DNA of 64,000 nt from the human T2T-CHM13v2.0 reference genome, Homo sapiens (GCF_009914755.1 NC_060943.1), one strand, 5' to 3'. Shown: positions 17,612-34,727, counted from the first letter of the stretch. Notes: generated by a model from the letters alone, not told the origin. Numbers and translations are program-made.

Positions 17612-18672
17612 GTGAGCGCGGCAGCACCTGCCCGGCCCCTCCTAGGGCTTTCCTGGGGGCTGAGCCACTGGTCGCAACTGCAGAGGCCATGAGAGCCTGG
17701 AGGGAGCGGCCCCCACACACAGGCTGCGAGGAAGGGGCCGGTGCGTGGCCAAGGCCGGCTGCACGGTCAGGCCGTTCGCAAGCTCTTCCTTACTGGGGCT
17801 AGGGAGGGCGAGGCCAGCAGCCTGAGGTCGTGGCCCCATATAGGACCCCCAGACCCCGTCACCTGTTGAGTTAGGAGCAAGCAGCTCCTGCCTCTGGGCC
17901 TCTTCAGGGCCCTGCCACAGCCCGAAAGTCCTGCCTGGCCCCGGCCACCGTCTTGGGGAGCCTGGCCCGCCACCACACCCCGGCCCTTCCTCGCCCCGCC
18001 TCCCTCTGGGCACTGTGTCTCTGGCTTCTTATGTCCTCTGACCCTGTGTCCTGCCCGTCTCTCTGCCATCATGTGAGCCCCTGGGCAGGCTTTTGTGGAG
18101 CCTGGAACTGTCTGGCCACCCCAGGCACACTCCTGGCCAGTCCTGGCACCAGCAGGTGGGCGCCGTCTCCTCCCCCAGCGCCCGCAGTCCCGGCATAGAT
18201 CCTTCCCGTTCATCCACTCTGCTCTGCGGTCACTGGGCCCTCAGGAGTGGTTTGAGCTCAGCCATCGGAGGCCTGCAGAAGCCAGTGGCGGGAGGGAGGG
18301 GCACATCCCTGGGTAATCGCAGTCCTGGAAAGGATGGAGGTGGCGGTCGCCCACCAGCCAGGAAAGATTGCCAGGAAATGAGGGTGGGTGCACGGCTGTC
18401 CCAGCTGTGCTGAGCTCTCTCAAGACCACCAGGGGTCAGCCCAGGAGGGCCACCTGGGATTTGCAGAGGGTCCCAGAATGGATTCTTCCACCAGGACGGA
18501 ATAGTCCAGTTTAAATTCTGGAAGAGCAGAAAACCGAGTCAGAAGGAACCAAGGCCTCAGGGCGTGAGCCTTACCTGCGCACAGGGACGGGTCAGGGCAA
18601 GGGGCCTGGAGGTGTGGGGCCCCCAGTGAATCTGCATCTACATGTTAGCCAAGTAGTTAAAGCTAAGCTTAA

Positions 18673-18757
18673 TTTTTTTTTTTTTTTAAAGACAGAGTCT
18701 CACGGTCTCCTAGGCTGGAGTGCTGGGATTACAAGTGTGAGAGCTACCTTGCCTGGC
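18673..18757 (-). mobile_element. Internally deleted antisense Alu
   Basis: Poly-T, gacagagtctc...ctggAGTGCtgggattaca...ggcc; the two Alu ends are joined at AGTGC. Confidence 0.85.
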
Positions 18758-18798
18758 CCAAAGTCCACATTTTAAAACATTGTTTTTGAATCGTGAAG

Positions 18799-18886
18799 GT
18801 CCCGGGTGGATTCTAAGACCCTGACCCGTAACACGAGGATCATTGCAGAGGCCCTGACTCGAGTCATCTACAACCTGACAGAGAAG
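18799..18886 (+). CDS. NCLN: Nicalin coding exon 10 (SRVDSKTLTRNTRIIAEALTRVIYNLTEK)
   Basis: Weak gtgaag acceptor, gtgagc donor; 88 nt; phase fits exons 9 and 11. Confidence 0.95.
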
Positions 18887-19017
18887 GTGAGCCCTGAGCC
18901 CTCTGTGCCGCCAGACCCAGCCCCAGCCCTGCCCCCGGCCCCGGCCCCGGCCCCACCCCTGGCCCCAGCCCCACTGCAGGGGCCTGGACTCAGGGCCATC
19001 CCCTCCTCTCTCCGCAG

Positions 19018-19056
19018 GGGACACCCCCAGACATGCCGGTGTTCACAGAGCAGATG
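19018..19056 (+). CDS. NCLN: Nicalin coding exon 11, 39 nt (GTPPDMPVFTEQM)
   Basis: ctctctccgcag acceptor, gtaagg donor. Confidence 0.96.
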
Positions 19057-19127
19057 GTAAGGGGGCCAGGCCAGTGGGTGGGTGGGTGGGCGGGGCCAGG
19101 CCGTGACTACCACCACCGTCCCTACAG

Positions 19128-19291
19128 CAGATCCAGCAGGAGCAGCTGGACTCGGTGATGGACTGGCTCACCAACCAGCCGCGGGCCGCGCAGCTGGTGG
19201 ACAAGGACAGCACCTTCCTCAGCACGCTGGAGCACCACCTGAGCCGCTACCTGAAGGACGTGAAGCAGCACCACGTCAAGGCTGACAAGCG
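19128..19291 (+). CDS. NCLN: Nicalin coding exon 12 (QIQQEQLDSVMDWLTNQPRAAQLVDKDSTFLSTLEHHLSRYLKDVKQHHVKADKR)
   Basis: Tandem cag|CAG acceptor, gtgagg donor; 164 nt. Confidence 0.96.
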
Positions 19292-19420
19292 GTGAGGCTG
19301 GGGCTCCGCGCTGGCCCCGTTCAGCCTGGGGCCGAGGGGGACCTCCCCCTACTGCATCTCCCACCCCCTCACCCCTGGGGGATGCCAGGTGGAGCAAATA
19401 CAAAGAGAGGGTGGGATGAG

Positions 19421-20038
19421 GGCCGGACACGGCGGCTGTGCCTGCAATCCCAGTACTTTGGGAATCCGAGGCAGGTGGATCACTTGAGGTCAGGAGTTCA
19501 AGACCAGACTGGCCAACATAGTGAAACCTCATCCCTACTAAAAATACAAAAATTAGGCGGATGTGGCAGTGGGCACCTGTAATCCCAGCTACTTAGGAGG
19601 CCGGGACGGAAGAATCGCTTGAACCCAGGAGTTGGAGACCAACCTGGGCAACATAGCAAGACCCCATCTCTACAAACTTTTTAAAGTTTTTATTTATTTG
19701 TCTTTGAGATGGAGTCTTCCTCTGTCACCCAGGCTGGAGTGCAGTGGCGTGATCTTGTCTCACTACAGCCTCCATCTCCCGGCTTCAAGTGATTCTCGGA
19801 CCTCGGTCTCCTGAGTAGCTGGGATTACAGGCACCCGCCACCATGCCCGGCTAATTTTTTTTAATTTTTAGTAGAGATGGGGTTTCACCGTGTTGGCCAG
19901 GTTGGTCTTGAACTCTTGACTTCAAGTGATCCGCCTGCCTCAACCTCCCAAAGTGCTGGGATTGCAGGTGTGAGCCATCGTGCCCAGTCTCCATCTCTAC
20001 AAACCCTTTTTTAAGAATTAGCTGGGCGCAGTGGTGCC
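19421..20038. mobile_element. Nested Alus in NCLN intron 12 (antisense Alu ~19687-19987 inside sense Alu sequence)
   Basis: Duplicated ccatctctacaaac flanks the antisense copy. Confidence 0.9.
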
Positions 20039-20063
20039 CCCTGAGAAAGTGCTCTCTCCCCAG

Positions 20064-20117
20064 GGACCCAGAGTTTGTCTTCTACGACCAGCTGAAGCAA
20101 GTGATGAATGCGTACAG
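20064..20117 (+). CDS. NCLN: Nicalin coding exon 13 (DPEFVFYDQLKQVMNAYR)
   Basis: ctctctccccag acceptor, gtgagt donor; 54 nt. Confidence 0.97.
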
Positions 20118-20256
20118 GTGAGTGGTGGCCAGCGGGACCTGGAGCCCTTCACCCCCTACGGGTTACAGCCGAGGGGACTGCGGCCCACGGGGGTCTAGGG
20201 GTTCACGTTACTGCCCCGCACCATCCTCGACCTCAGGGACCCTGCTTTCTCCACAG

Positions 20257-20335
20257 AGTCAAGCCGGCCGTCTTTGACCTGCTCCTGGCCGTTGGCATTG
20301 CTGCCTACCTCGGCATGGCCTACGTGGCTGTCCAG
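20257..20335 (+). CDS. NCLN: Nicalin coding exon 14, transmembrane helix (VKPAVFDLLLAVGIAAYLGMAYVAVQ)
   Basis: tttctccacag acceptor, gtgagc donor; 79 nt; hydrophobic stretch. Confidence 0.97.
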
Positions 20336-20494
20336 GTGAGCAGTGCCCAGGCTCAGGTGGGGCAGGGGCCGCCCGCCGGGAGGAGCTGGGCTGGGCGTCT
20401 CCAAGTGCATCCTGGCCCCTGGCTCAGCCTAGAGTCACATGACCTGGGGCTCTGGCCCCGCCCACATCCTCACTCCCTCCTGCTGTGTCCCCAG

Positions 20495-20554
20495 CACTTC
20501 AGCCTCCTCTACAGGACCGTCCAGAGGCTGCTCGTGAAGGCCAAGACACAGTGA
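20495..20554 (+). CDS. NCLN: Nicalin last coding exon (HFSLLYRTVQRLLVKAKTQ*)
   Basis: tgtccccag acceptor; TGA at 20552-20554. Exons 2-15 total 1508 nt, consistent with a 563-aa protein if exon 1 contributes 184 nt. Confidence 0.97.
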   Translation, partial: HFSLLYRTVQRLLVKAKTQ

Positions 20555-22440
20555 CACAGCCACCCCCACAGCCGGAGCCCCCGCCGCTCCACAGTCCCTG
20601 GGGCCGAGCACGAGTGAGTGGACACTGCCCCGCCGCGGGCGGCCCTGCAGGGACAGGGGCCCTCTCCCTCCCCGGCGGTGGTTGGAACACTGAATTACAG
20701 AGCTTTTTTCTGTTGCTCTCCGAGACTGGGGGGGGATTGTTTCTTCTTTTCCTTGTCTTTGAACTTCCTTGGAGGAGAGCTTGGGAGACGTCCCGGGGCC
20801 AGGCTACGGACTTGCGGACGAGCCCCCCAGTCCTGGGAGCCGGCCGCCCTCGGTCTGGTGTAAGCACACATGCACGATTAAAGAGGAGACGCCGGGACCC
20901 CCTGCCCGATCGCGCGCGGCCTCCGCCCACCGCCTCCTGCCGCAAGGGGCCTGGACTGCAGGCCTGACCTGCTCCCTGCTCCGTGTCTGTCCTAGGACGT
21001 CCCCTCCCGCTCCCCGATGGTGGCGTGGACATGGTTATTTATCTCTGCTCCTTCTTGCCTGGAGGAGGGCAGTGCCAGCCCTGGGGTTCTGGGATTCCAG
21101 CCCTCCTGGAGCCTTTTGTTCCCCATGTGGTCTCAGTGACCCGTCCCCCTGACAGTGGGCTCGGGGAGCTGCATCACCCAGCCTTCCCCTTCTCCGACTG
21201 CAGGGTCTGATGTCATCGTTGACAGCCTTTGCTTCGTGGGGGCCTGGCAGGGCCCCTGCCTCCCCGACCCCCGACCCACTGCAAACCCCCGTTCCCCTGC
21301 ACTCCTCTTCTCCCAGCCCATCCCTCCGGCCCCTGTGCCTCTGCGGCCCCAGCCCAGCTCCCAGGGCCGTCACCTGCTTGGCCCTGGCCCAGCTCCCTGC
21401 CCTGAGTCCTGAGCCAGTGCCTGGTGTTTCCTGGGCTCGGTACTGGGCCCCCAGGCCATCCAGGCTTTGCCACGGCCAGTTGGTCCTCCCTGGGGAACTG
21501 GGTGCGGGTGGAGTACTGGGAGGCAGGAGGTGGCCCGGGGAGGCCTTGTGGCTCCTCCCCTCGCTCCTCGCCCTGGGCCTCAGCTTCCTCATCAATAGAA
21601 AGGATGTGTTCGGGGTGGGGGCGTCAGGTGAGAACGTTTGCTGGGAAGGAGAGGACTTGGGGCATGGCCTCTGGGGCCACCCTTCCTGGAACTCAGAGAG
21701 GAAGGTCCGGGCCCTCGGGAAGCCTTGGACAGAACCCTCCACCCCGCAGACCAGGCGTCGTGTGTGTGTGGGAGAGAAGGAGGCCCGTGTTGAGCTCAGG
21801 GAGACCCCGGTGTGTCCGTTCTTTAGCAATATAACCTACCCAGTGCGTGCCGAGCAGGCTTGGTGGGGAAGGGACTTGAGCTGGGCAAGTCCTGGCCTGG
21901 CACCCGCAGCCGTCTCCCTTCCGTGGCCCAGGGAGGTGTTTGCTGTCCGAAGGACCTGGGCCGGCCCATGGGAGCCTGGGGTTCTGTCCAGATAGGACCA
22001 GGGGGTCTCACTTTGGCCACCAGTTCTTCGGCCAGCACCTCTGCCCTCCAGAACCTGCAGCCTGGAGGGGTGAGGGGACAACCACCCCTCTTTCCTCCAG
22101 GTTGGCAGGGGACCCTCTTCTCCCGTCTGCCCTGTGGGTTGCCCGCCTCCTCCAGAGACTTGCCCAAGGGCCCATCACCACTGGCCTCTGGGCACTTGTG
22201 CTGAGACTCTGGGACCCAGGCAGCTGCCACCTTGTCACCATGAGAGAATTTGGGGAGTGCTTGCATGCTAGCCAGCAGGCTCCTGTCTGGGTGCCACGGG
22301 GCCAGCATTTTGGAGGGAGCTTCCTTCCTTCCTTCCTGGACAGGTCGTCAGGATGGATGCACTGACTGACCGTCTGGGGCTCAGGCTGGTGTGGGATGCA
22401 GCCGGCCGATGAGAAAATAAAGCCATATTGAATGATCGCC
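20555..22440 (+). other. NCLN: NCLN 3' UTR (~1.9 kb, GC-rich, no Alu seen)
   Basis: Lies between the stop codon and the first canonical AATAAA that has a downstream GU-rich element. Confidence 0.85.
22416..22421 (+). terminator. NCLN: NCLN polyadenylation signal AATAAA
   Basis: gagaaAATAAAgcc followed ~25 nt later by GU-rich gtgtttggtctgggggctgtg. Confidence 0.88.
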
Positions 22441-22664
22441 ACCAGTGTTTGGTCTGGGGGCTGTGAGAATTGGATTGTGACAACTGTTGGGGGTTCATGT
22501 TCCTCCAGGGGGTGACAGTAGGGGCAGGGCTGTGTGGAGAGTACGTCACTGACTTGCCCTCTGCTGGAGTGAGGCTCCAGCCTGTCGTGGGCCAGGCCTG
22601 TGCCCAAGGCTGCTGGGCCGTGCAGGAGAGGAGGGCCTGTGTACAGGGTCTTGTAGGTGATGGA

Positions 22665-23035
22665 TGGACCTGTTTCCTGGGCCACCATCACAAAGCACCA
22701 CCAACTATGGGGCTCAGAACACCAGAAATCCACCCTTAGTGTCTCCGAAGCCCCAAGTCCAAAGTCAGGGTGTTGGCAGGGCCCCCAGGGCGGGTCCTTC
22801 CTGCCTCTCCTCCCAGCTTCTAGGGCTCCCAGCATCCTCGGCTTGTGGCCGCGTCATTCCAGCCCCCACCTTGTCCCTGTCTTCCAAGGACCTCCGTCAC
22901 ATTGGATCAGGGCCCATCTTGCTCCAGGAAGATGTTCCCCCTAACTAATGACCTCTGCCAAGATCCCATTTCCAGTTGAGGCTAAAGGCTGAGGTTGTTT
23001 TGGACATGAATCTGGGAGGACTCTGCAACCCTGGA
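22665..23035 (-). mobile_element. MLT1-type MaLR LTR
   Basis: catcacaaagcaccacca...aagtccaaagtcagggtgttggcagggcc...attggatcagggccca; typical antisense MLT1. Confidence 0.75.
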
Positions 23036-23379
23036 TGGCGGGCAGTGGGCTGTGTGAAGTCGGCTTCCAACCCCAGCCCCAGGTTCAGAGAGGTCCCAGC
23101 AGGGCACCATACTCGGCTAGCTTTGGTTTACTGAGAACCTACACAGCAGGTGCAGAACTAGGGTTGGTCCCTCCTGGTCAGAAGCCCCGGGGACCCTCCC
23201 AGGTTCTGCCCGGTGCCCAGGCCCCCTTCCTGGCCTGCCCAGCTGTCGGGCTCAGTAAATGCTGGTGGAGCTGCCATGTGTCCCTGGCCTGAGATCCGTG
23301 CTCTCGGGGAAGGAGGAGAGGCAGAGATGTGCCGGTGAGAAGAAGCAGGGAGAGGTGGGGGCGTGGGGAGGCCAGGGCA

Positions 23380-23830
23380 GCTGAGGAAGCTGCCCTGAGG
23401 GAGGCAGTGTCCTGCAGACTGGCTGGAAGGGAGGGTGTCTGAGCTGCGACCTGAATGATGAGGCAGCCGGGGTGAAACCTGGAGGAGAAGATTGCAAGCA
23501 GAGGCACAGCCCACCTGTGCAAAGGCCCTGGTGCAGGACGGCACCGGGCGTGTTGGAGGAACAGCAGGAAGGCCTGTGTGGCTCGAGCAGAGGGAGTGAG
23601 GGTGGGGAAGGGACAGGGCAGGTTGTGCAGGGCCTGGTGGGCCACGGGGAGGACTTGGGCTTTGACCCCAGGGCAGCTGGGAGCCATGGAGGGCTGTGGG
23701 TAGAAGAGCGACAGGCCCTGACTCAGGTGCTCCCAGGCGCCCTCTGACGGCTACTGCAGGGAGGACAGACGGGAGTGGCGAGGGTTTAGCCTAGGACCGG
23801 GTAGAGGTGACTGGGCTGGCACAAGTGGAG
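23380..23830 (+). mobile_element. L2 LINE fragment (related copies at ~26060-26420, ~35620-35925, ~43240-43560, ~46190-46700 on +; ~47560-48360 and ~53100-53390 on -)
   Basis: gtgcaaaggccctg.ggcagga...ggaacagc..ggaggcc..tgtggctggagcagag, an L2 3'-region motif. Confidence 0.75.
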
Positions 23831-24208
23831 GCAGAGAAGGATGGGCTCATCCTGTTCCCCCTCCACCGCTGTGTTCCTGGAGTGCAGAGGAGGGGCTACA
23901 GAGATGCTTCCAGAACCAGTGTGTGGCCTGGACCAAGACCTGGACTGCTGGGGGCTTCCTGAGCAAGACCCACATCCCTGCAGTCAAAGCTGCCTCTTCT
24001 CAGACCAGGGAACTTCAGAAACAGGCAGGGAACCCACCCCCCCACCAGGGTCCCCTAGGAATCGGCAACAGAGCCTCAAACCCAGCACGGGGTCTCTGCC
24101 TCCCCAAAACATGTGGCAGGAGAAGCTTGTTCAGGAGGGAGAGGAGGGAGGGGATGGACCCAGAGCGAAAGGCAGGCAGGGCAGGGTTGCAGGAAAAGAA
24201 AGAGGCTC

Positions 24209-24328
24209 ACCTGACTCCGGAGCATGGGGCCGCTGGCCACTGGGGATGGAATGGCGGGGGCAGTGCTTACCTGACCCCGGAGCATGGGGCCGCTGGCCAC
24301 TGGGGATGGAATGGTGGGGGCAGTGCTT
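24209..24328 (+). repeat. 60-bp tandem duplication
   Basis: acctgac(t/c)ccggagcatggggccgctggccactggggatggaatgg(c/t)gggggcagtgctt x2. Confidence 0.95.
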
Positions 24329-24668
24329 GGGCTTCCCTGGGCGGCGAGCAGAGGCCAGGTTCGGCCCCCACGTGCTGTGTGGCCCTGGGGCATGGGGGCT
24401 GTGCCTCCCTGGACCAAATTTTACCAGTTCAGGGGGCTCTAGGGTCCAGGGGTTTGACCTTCTTGGGGTCCTGCGTGATTCTCCAGGAGCTTAGCAGGGC
24501 CAAGAGTGGACAGTGGCTGCCCACCTCTGTGCAGGCAGAAGGTGGCTTTGGCCCCATCGTGGACCCAGGCAAACCCCATTTTAGAGGAAAAGCCAGCCCA
24601 TCATCTTCCCTGCTAACATACACAGGTAATTTTTCCTTTTTTTTTTTTTTTTTAGAGACAGGGTCTCA

Positions 24669-25245
<577 letters not shown>

Positions 25246-26456
25246 TAGTTTCATTCAACTATCGATTCAGCGAACACTTGAACTCTGCTCTGCCAGGTCC
25301 TGTGCCAGGCTCAGGGATACAGGCGTGTGCAAGAGACGCTGGCCTGGACGCCATGGGGCTCGCAGTCCACTGTGGGAGTTGGATAATAAGTGGTCAAGTA
25401 GGTGGGCTGCCTTCAGATGGTGATCAATGGCTGGGTGCTGTTTTACAATTGAGTCCACACTGGAGGCTCCCTGAGGAGGGACTTTGAGGTTTTGTTTTGT
25501 TTGCTTGTTTGTTTTTTTTGAGACAGTCTTGCTCTGTCACCCAGGCTGGAGTGTAGAGGCCCTATCTTGACTCACGGCAACCTTCGTCTCCTGGGTCCAA
25601 GCGATTCTCCTGCTGCAGCCTCCCTGAGTAGCTGGGACTAGAGAGGTATGCCACCAAATTTTGTATTTTTAGTAGAAATCAGGTTTTGGCATATTGGCCA
25701 GGCTGACCTTGAACTCCTAACCTCAGGAGATCTGCCCGCCTCGGCCTCCCGAAGTGCCGGGACTACAGGTGTGACACCACGCCCGGCCTGTTTGAGTTTG
25801 ACTCTGTCACCCGGGCTGGAGTGCAGTGATGTGTTCTCGGCTCACTGCAACTTCCTTCTCCTGGGTTCAAGCAATTCTCATGCCTCAGCCTCCTGAGTAA
25901 CTGGGACTACAGGCACCTGGCTAAATTTTTTTATTTTTAGTAGAGACAGGGTTTCACCATGTTGGCCAGGCTTGCCTCAAACTCCTGACCTCCGGTGATT
26001 CCCCGTCGCAGCCTCCCAAAGTGTTGGGTTTATGGGCGTGAGCCACTGCGCCCGGCCTGGAGGGGGCTTTTGAGTGAAATTGGAATGACAAGGATTATTA
26101 CATCATGTGGAAATGTGGGGACAGTGGTTAAGGCAGTGAGCACAGCCGGTGCAAAGGCCCTGGGGCAGGATCGCGCCTGGTGTGTTGGAGGAACAGTGAG
26201 GAGGCCCATGTGGCTGGAGCAGAGTGAGCTGGGGGAGAGAGTGAGGCAGGAGAGAGAGGGAGGAGGGGGAGAAAGGAAGGGGAGAGGGAGGAGGGAGAGG
26301 GAGGAAGCAGGGAGGTTTCAGGCCATGCAGGGCCTCCTGGGGGAAGGGGAGGGTAAGGAGAGCAGAAATGGTGTCTGACCTTCACTGAATCTGGAAAGGT
26401 CACCGGCAGCCAGAGGACAGTTATGAAAATGAAACGAGGCCGGGCGCTGGGGCTCA

Positions 26457-26801
<345 letters not shown>

Positions 26802-27093
26802 TCAGGCCTCACCTTAGCCCCGGTCAACCCTGGGCAGCAGTGAACGAGGAAGACAAAGACGTCCCCCCAGCAAGGGTATTGTACTACCTCCCAGAGGCCA
26901 GGTCCAGGGGCCATGATCTCTTCCTGGAGGCCTTTTAAGTTGATAAAACATCAGCTAATGTCCCTTGAAACCAGCACAGTTTCTCTCCAGAGGTGCTGTC
27001 CACTCTATGCATCTTTCTCATTTTTTATATTTTTTGTAGAGATGGAGTCTTGCTATTTGCACAGGCTGGCCTCTGTCTCCTGGCCTCAAGTGA

Positions 27094-27581
<488 letters not shown>

Positions 27582-28121
27582 TGAACTCCTGACCCCGTGA
27601 TCCACCTGCCTCAGCCTCCCAACGTGCTGGGATTACAGGCGTGAGCCACTGAACCTGGCCAATTTTTGTTATTTTTAGTAGAGATGGGGTTTCGCCATGT
27701 TGGCCAGGCTGGTCTCAAACTCCTGACCTCAGGTGATCCACCTGCTTCGGCCTCCCAAAGTGCCGGGATTACCTGTGTGAGCCACCGCGCCCAGACTTGG
27801 GTAATTGCTTTTCAGATGCTCATGTTACAGATGGTAACATGGAGGCCGAGCACAAGGGGTTCAGACGTGGATTGGACGAATCTGAGGGCCACGCCATTAG
27901 CCACATACTGAGTGGAGTGGGCGAAAAGGGCCCAGGTTTAGGTCACCGGGATAACCAGTGTCCAGAGATGGACGGCACTTACCTGAGGCCACAGAGCAGG
28001 TGAGGATGAGCCCCAGCGGGAGCGAGTAGCCAGGGAGCCGGCCTGCCTCCTGGGCTGGGGAGAAGACACTGGAAGAGCCTGGAGACCGCCCAGCCTCCCT
28101 GATTCCACGCTAGACATTTAA

Positions 28122-28494
<373 letters not shown>

Positions 28495-28587
28495 TAATTT
28501 TGTAGAGATAGGGTTTCTCTTTGTTGCGCAGGCTGGTCTGGAACTCGTGGGCTCCAGCGATTCTCCTGCCTTGGTCTCCCAAAGTAG

Positions 28588-28840
<253 letters not shown>

Positions 28841-28994
28841 TAGCCAGGATGGTCTCCATCTCCTGACCTCGTGATCCGCCCGCCTCGGCCTCCCAAAGTG
28901 CTGGGATTACAGGCGTGAGCCACCGCGCCCGGCCGCAAATTAAGCATTTTTAAAAGAGCTGATTGATATCAAGGAAAACATCAAATAGTACTGG

Positions 28995-30940
<1,946 letters not shown>

Positions 30941-31098
30941 AAAAAAAAAAAAATAAGCCAGGCGTGGTGGCTTACGCCTGTTATCCCATTACTTTGGGAG
31001 GCTGAAGTGGGTGATTATCTGAGGTCAGGAGTTTGAGATCAGCCTGGCCAATGTGGTGAAACCTCGTCTCTACTAAAAATACAAAAATTAGCCAGTCA

Positions 31099-32185
<1,087 letters not shown>

Positions 32186-32543
32186 TCAGCTCACTGCAAG
32201 CTCCGCCTCCCAGTTCAAGCGATTCTCCTGCCTCAGCCTCCTGAGTAGCTGGGATCACAGGCACCCGCCACCACGCCCAGCTAATTTTTGTATTTTTAGT
32301 GGAGACAGGGTTTTACCATGTTGGCCAGGCTCATCTCAAACTCCCGACCTCAGGTGATCTGCCCGCCTCGGCCTCCCAAAGTGCTGGGATTACAGGTGTG
32401 AGTCGCCGCGCCCTGCCACTCCCACGCGCTTTACTTCCTCAGTAACATCCATGGCACGGGCATCCTGCAGTGACCGATGCCCACCAGACTGCATCCGCTA
32501 ACAAGACAGGGAGACCGGCCTGTGGTACCCAGATGTGCCCAAG

Positions 32544-32644
32544 CTCACAGCCTCACTATTCTCCGTGCTCACAGCCTCGCTATTCTCCAGGCTCACAGCC
32601 TCGCTATTCTCCAGGCTCACAGCCTCGCTATTCTCCGTGCTCAC
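32544..32644 (+). repeat. 24-bp minisatellite, ~4.2 copies
   Basis: Unit ctcacagcctcgctattctcc(agg/gtg). Confidence 0.95.
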
Positions 32645-32915
32645 CCACCCCCTTAGCTGTGCCACGGATGAAATTCAGGAGGCAGAATGCTGGGTTTAAG
32701 TGCTCAGAAGTCAGACCCGAATTCGGTTGGGCTCTTGTTTTGGGTGGAAGAAAGAGGAGGAAGAGGCTGAAAAAAGTGCATCTTTGGCTCATAGGAGTTT
32801 GTGAGTTTCTCTTTTGATTTTGTTTTCTTTTGAGACAGAGTTTTGCTCTTGTTGCCCAGGGTGGAGTGCGATGGTACAGTCTTGGCTTACTGTAGCCTGG
32901 ACCTCCCTGGGCTGA

Positions 32916-33376
<461 letters not shown>

Positions 33377-33867
33377 TGAGCCACCACACCCGGCCAAATT
33401 TTAGACACGGGGTTTCGCCATGTTGGCCAGGCTGGTCTCGAACTCCTGACCTCAAGTGATCCACTTGCCTTGGCTTCCCAAAGTGCTGGGATTACAGGCG
33501 TGAGCCACTGCGCCCGGCCAGGCGTGATTTTTAAAATTCTTATTAAGGACTCTCCCAGAACACCAGAGGCTCATGGGGCTCTGAGCATCCTGCTTGAGTC
33601 TCCATGGAGACGAAGCCTATGTCTCCTGGCCGACTCCACCAGCCCCAGTGCCACGCTGTGCCCGGCCAAGCCTCAGCTGAGTCTAAGCACCTGCGTCTGT
33701 GCTGGGCCGAGTGGCAGGATGTTGTGGGAGGATCCCTGACCCCTTGCCCAGCTCTGCTCGTCACCCAGTTCTGATGTTCTGTTCCATCTGGGGGTGGCCA
33801 GGAGGCTGCCAGTAACAGCAATGATGAATAGCCATTCACTGAGCTAAGCTCCCAGACACTCTGCTAA

Positions 33868-34104
<237 letters not shown>

Positions 34105-34727
34105 TAGTAGAGATGGGGTTTTGCCACGCTGGCCAGGATGGTCTCGAACTCCTGACCTCAGATCATCTGCCAGCCTTGGCCTCCCCAAGTGCTGGGATTA
34201 CAGGTGTGAGTCACCGTGCCCGGTCCCTCTCCTCTCTCTTTAGTCCTGCTTGGCAAATAAGGAAACTGGGGCTCAGCTGCCTGATGTGTGGGGAGATGGT
34301 ATGGGATGGTGGGAAGTGTGTGTGCTCCAGAGTCTGGCTTCCTGGGTTTACATCCCAGCTCTCTTACCGTGTGGTCTTGCACCAGCCACTGGAGCTCTCT
34401 GGGCCTCAGTTCCCCCTCTAACGCGGGTGGACATTTCATACAAATGGCGTCACACGCTGTGTGGTCTTCTGTGTTTGACATCTTTCACCAAGCATGATGT
34501 GCTCAAGGTATGGCTTGGGTCAGAGCCTCATTTTTTTTTTCATGGCTGAGTCGTGTTCCATTGGCTGGATGGAGCACAAAATGTCCTCTAAAGCCAGGCA
34601 TGGTGGCTCACACTTGTCATCCCAGCACTTTGAGAGGCTGAGGCGGGAGGATTGCTTGAGCCCAGAAGTTTGCGTACAGCCTGGACAACATAGCAAGACT
34701 CCATTTCTACAAAAAATTTAAAAATTA

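Noticed and set aside
20499-22835. Long ORFs (177-275 aa) on both strands of the NCLN 3' UTR
   Set aside because: Expected from high GC content; no recognisable domain or exon structure.
32470-32817. ORF with SQPRYSPG repeats resembling the Pol II CTD
   Set aside because: Artefact of a 24-bp minisatellite; non-ATG start and no gene context.
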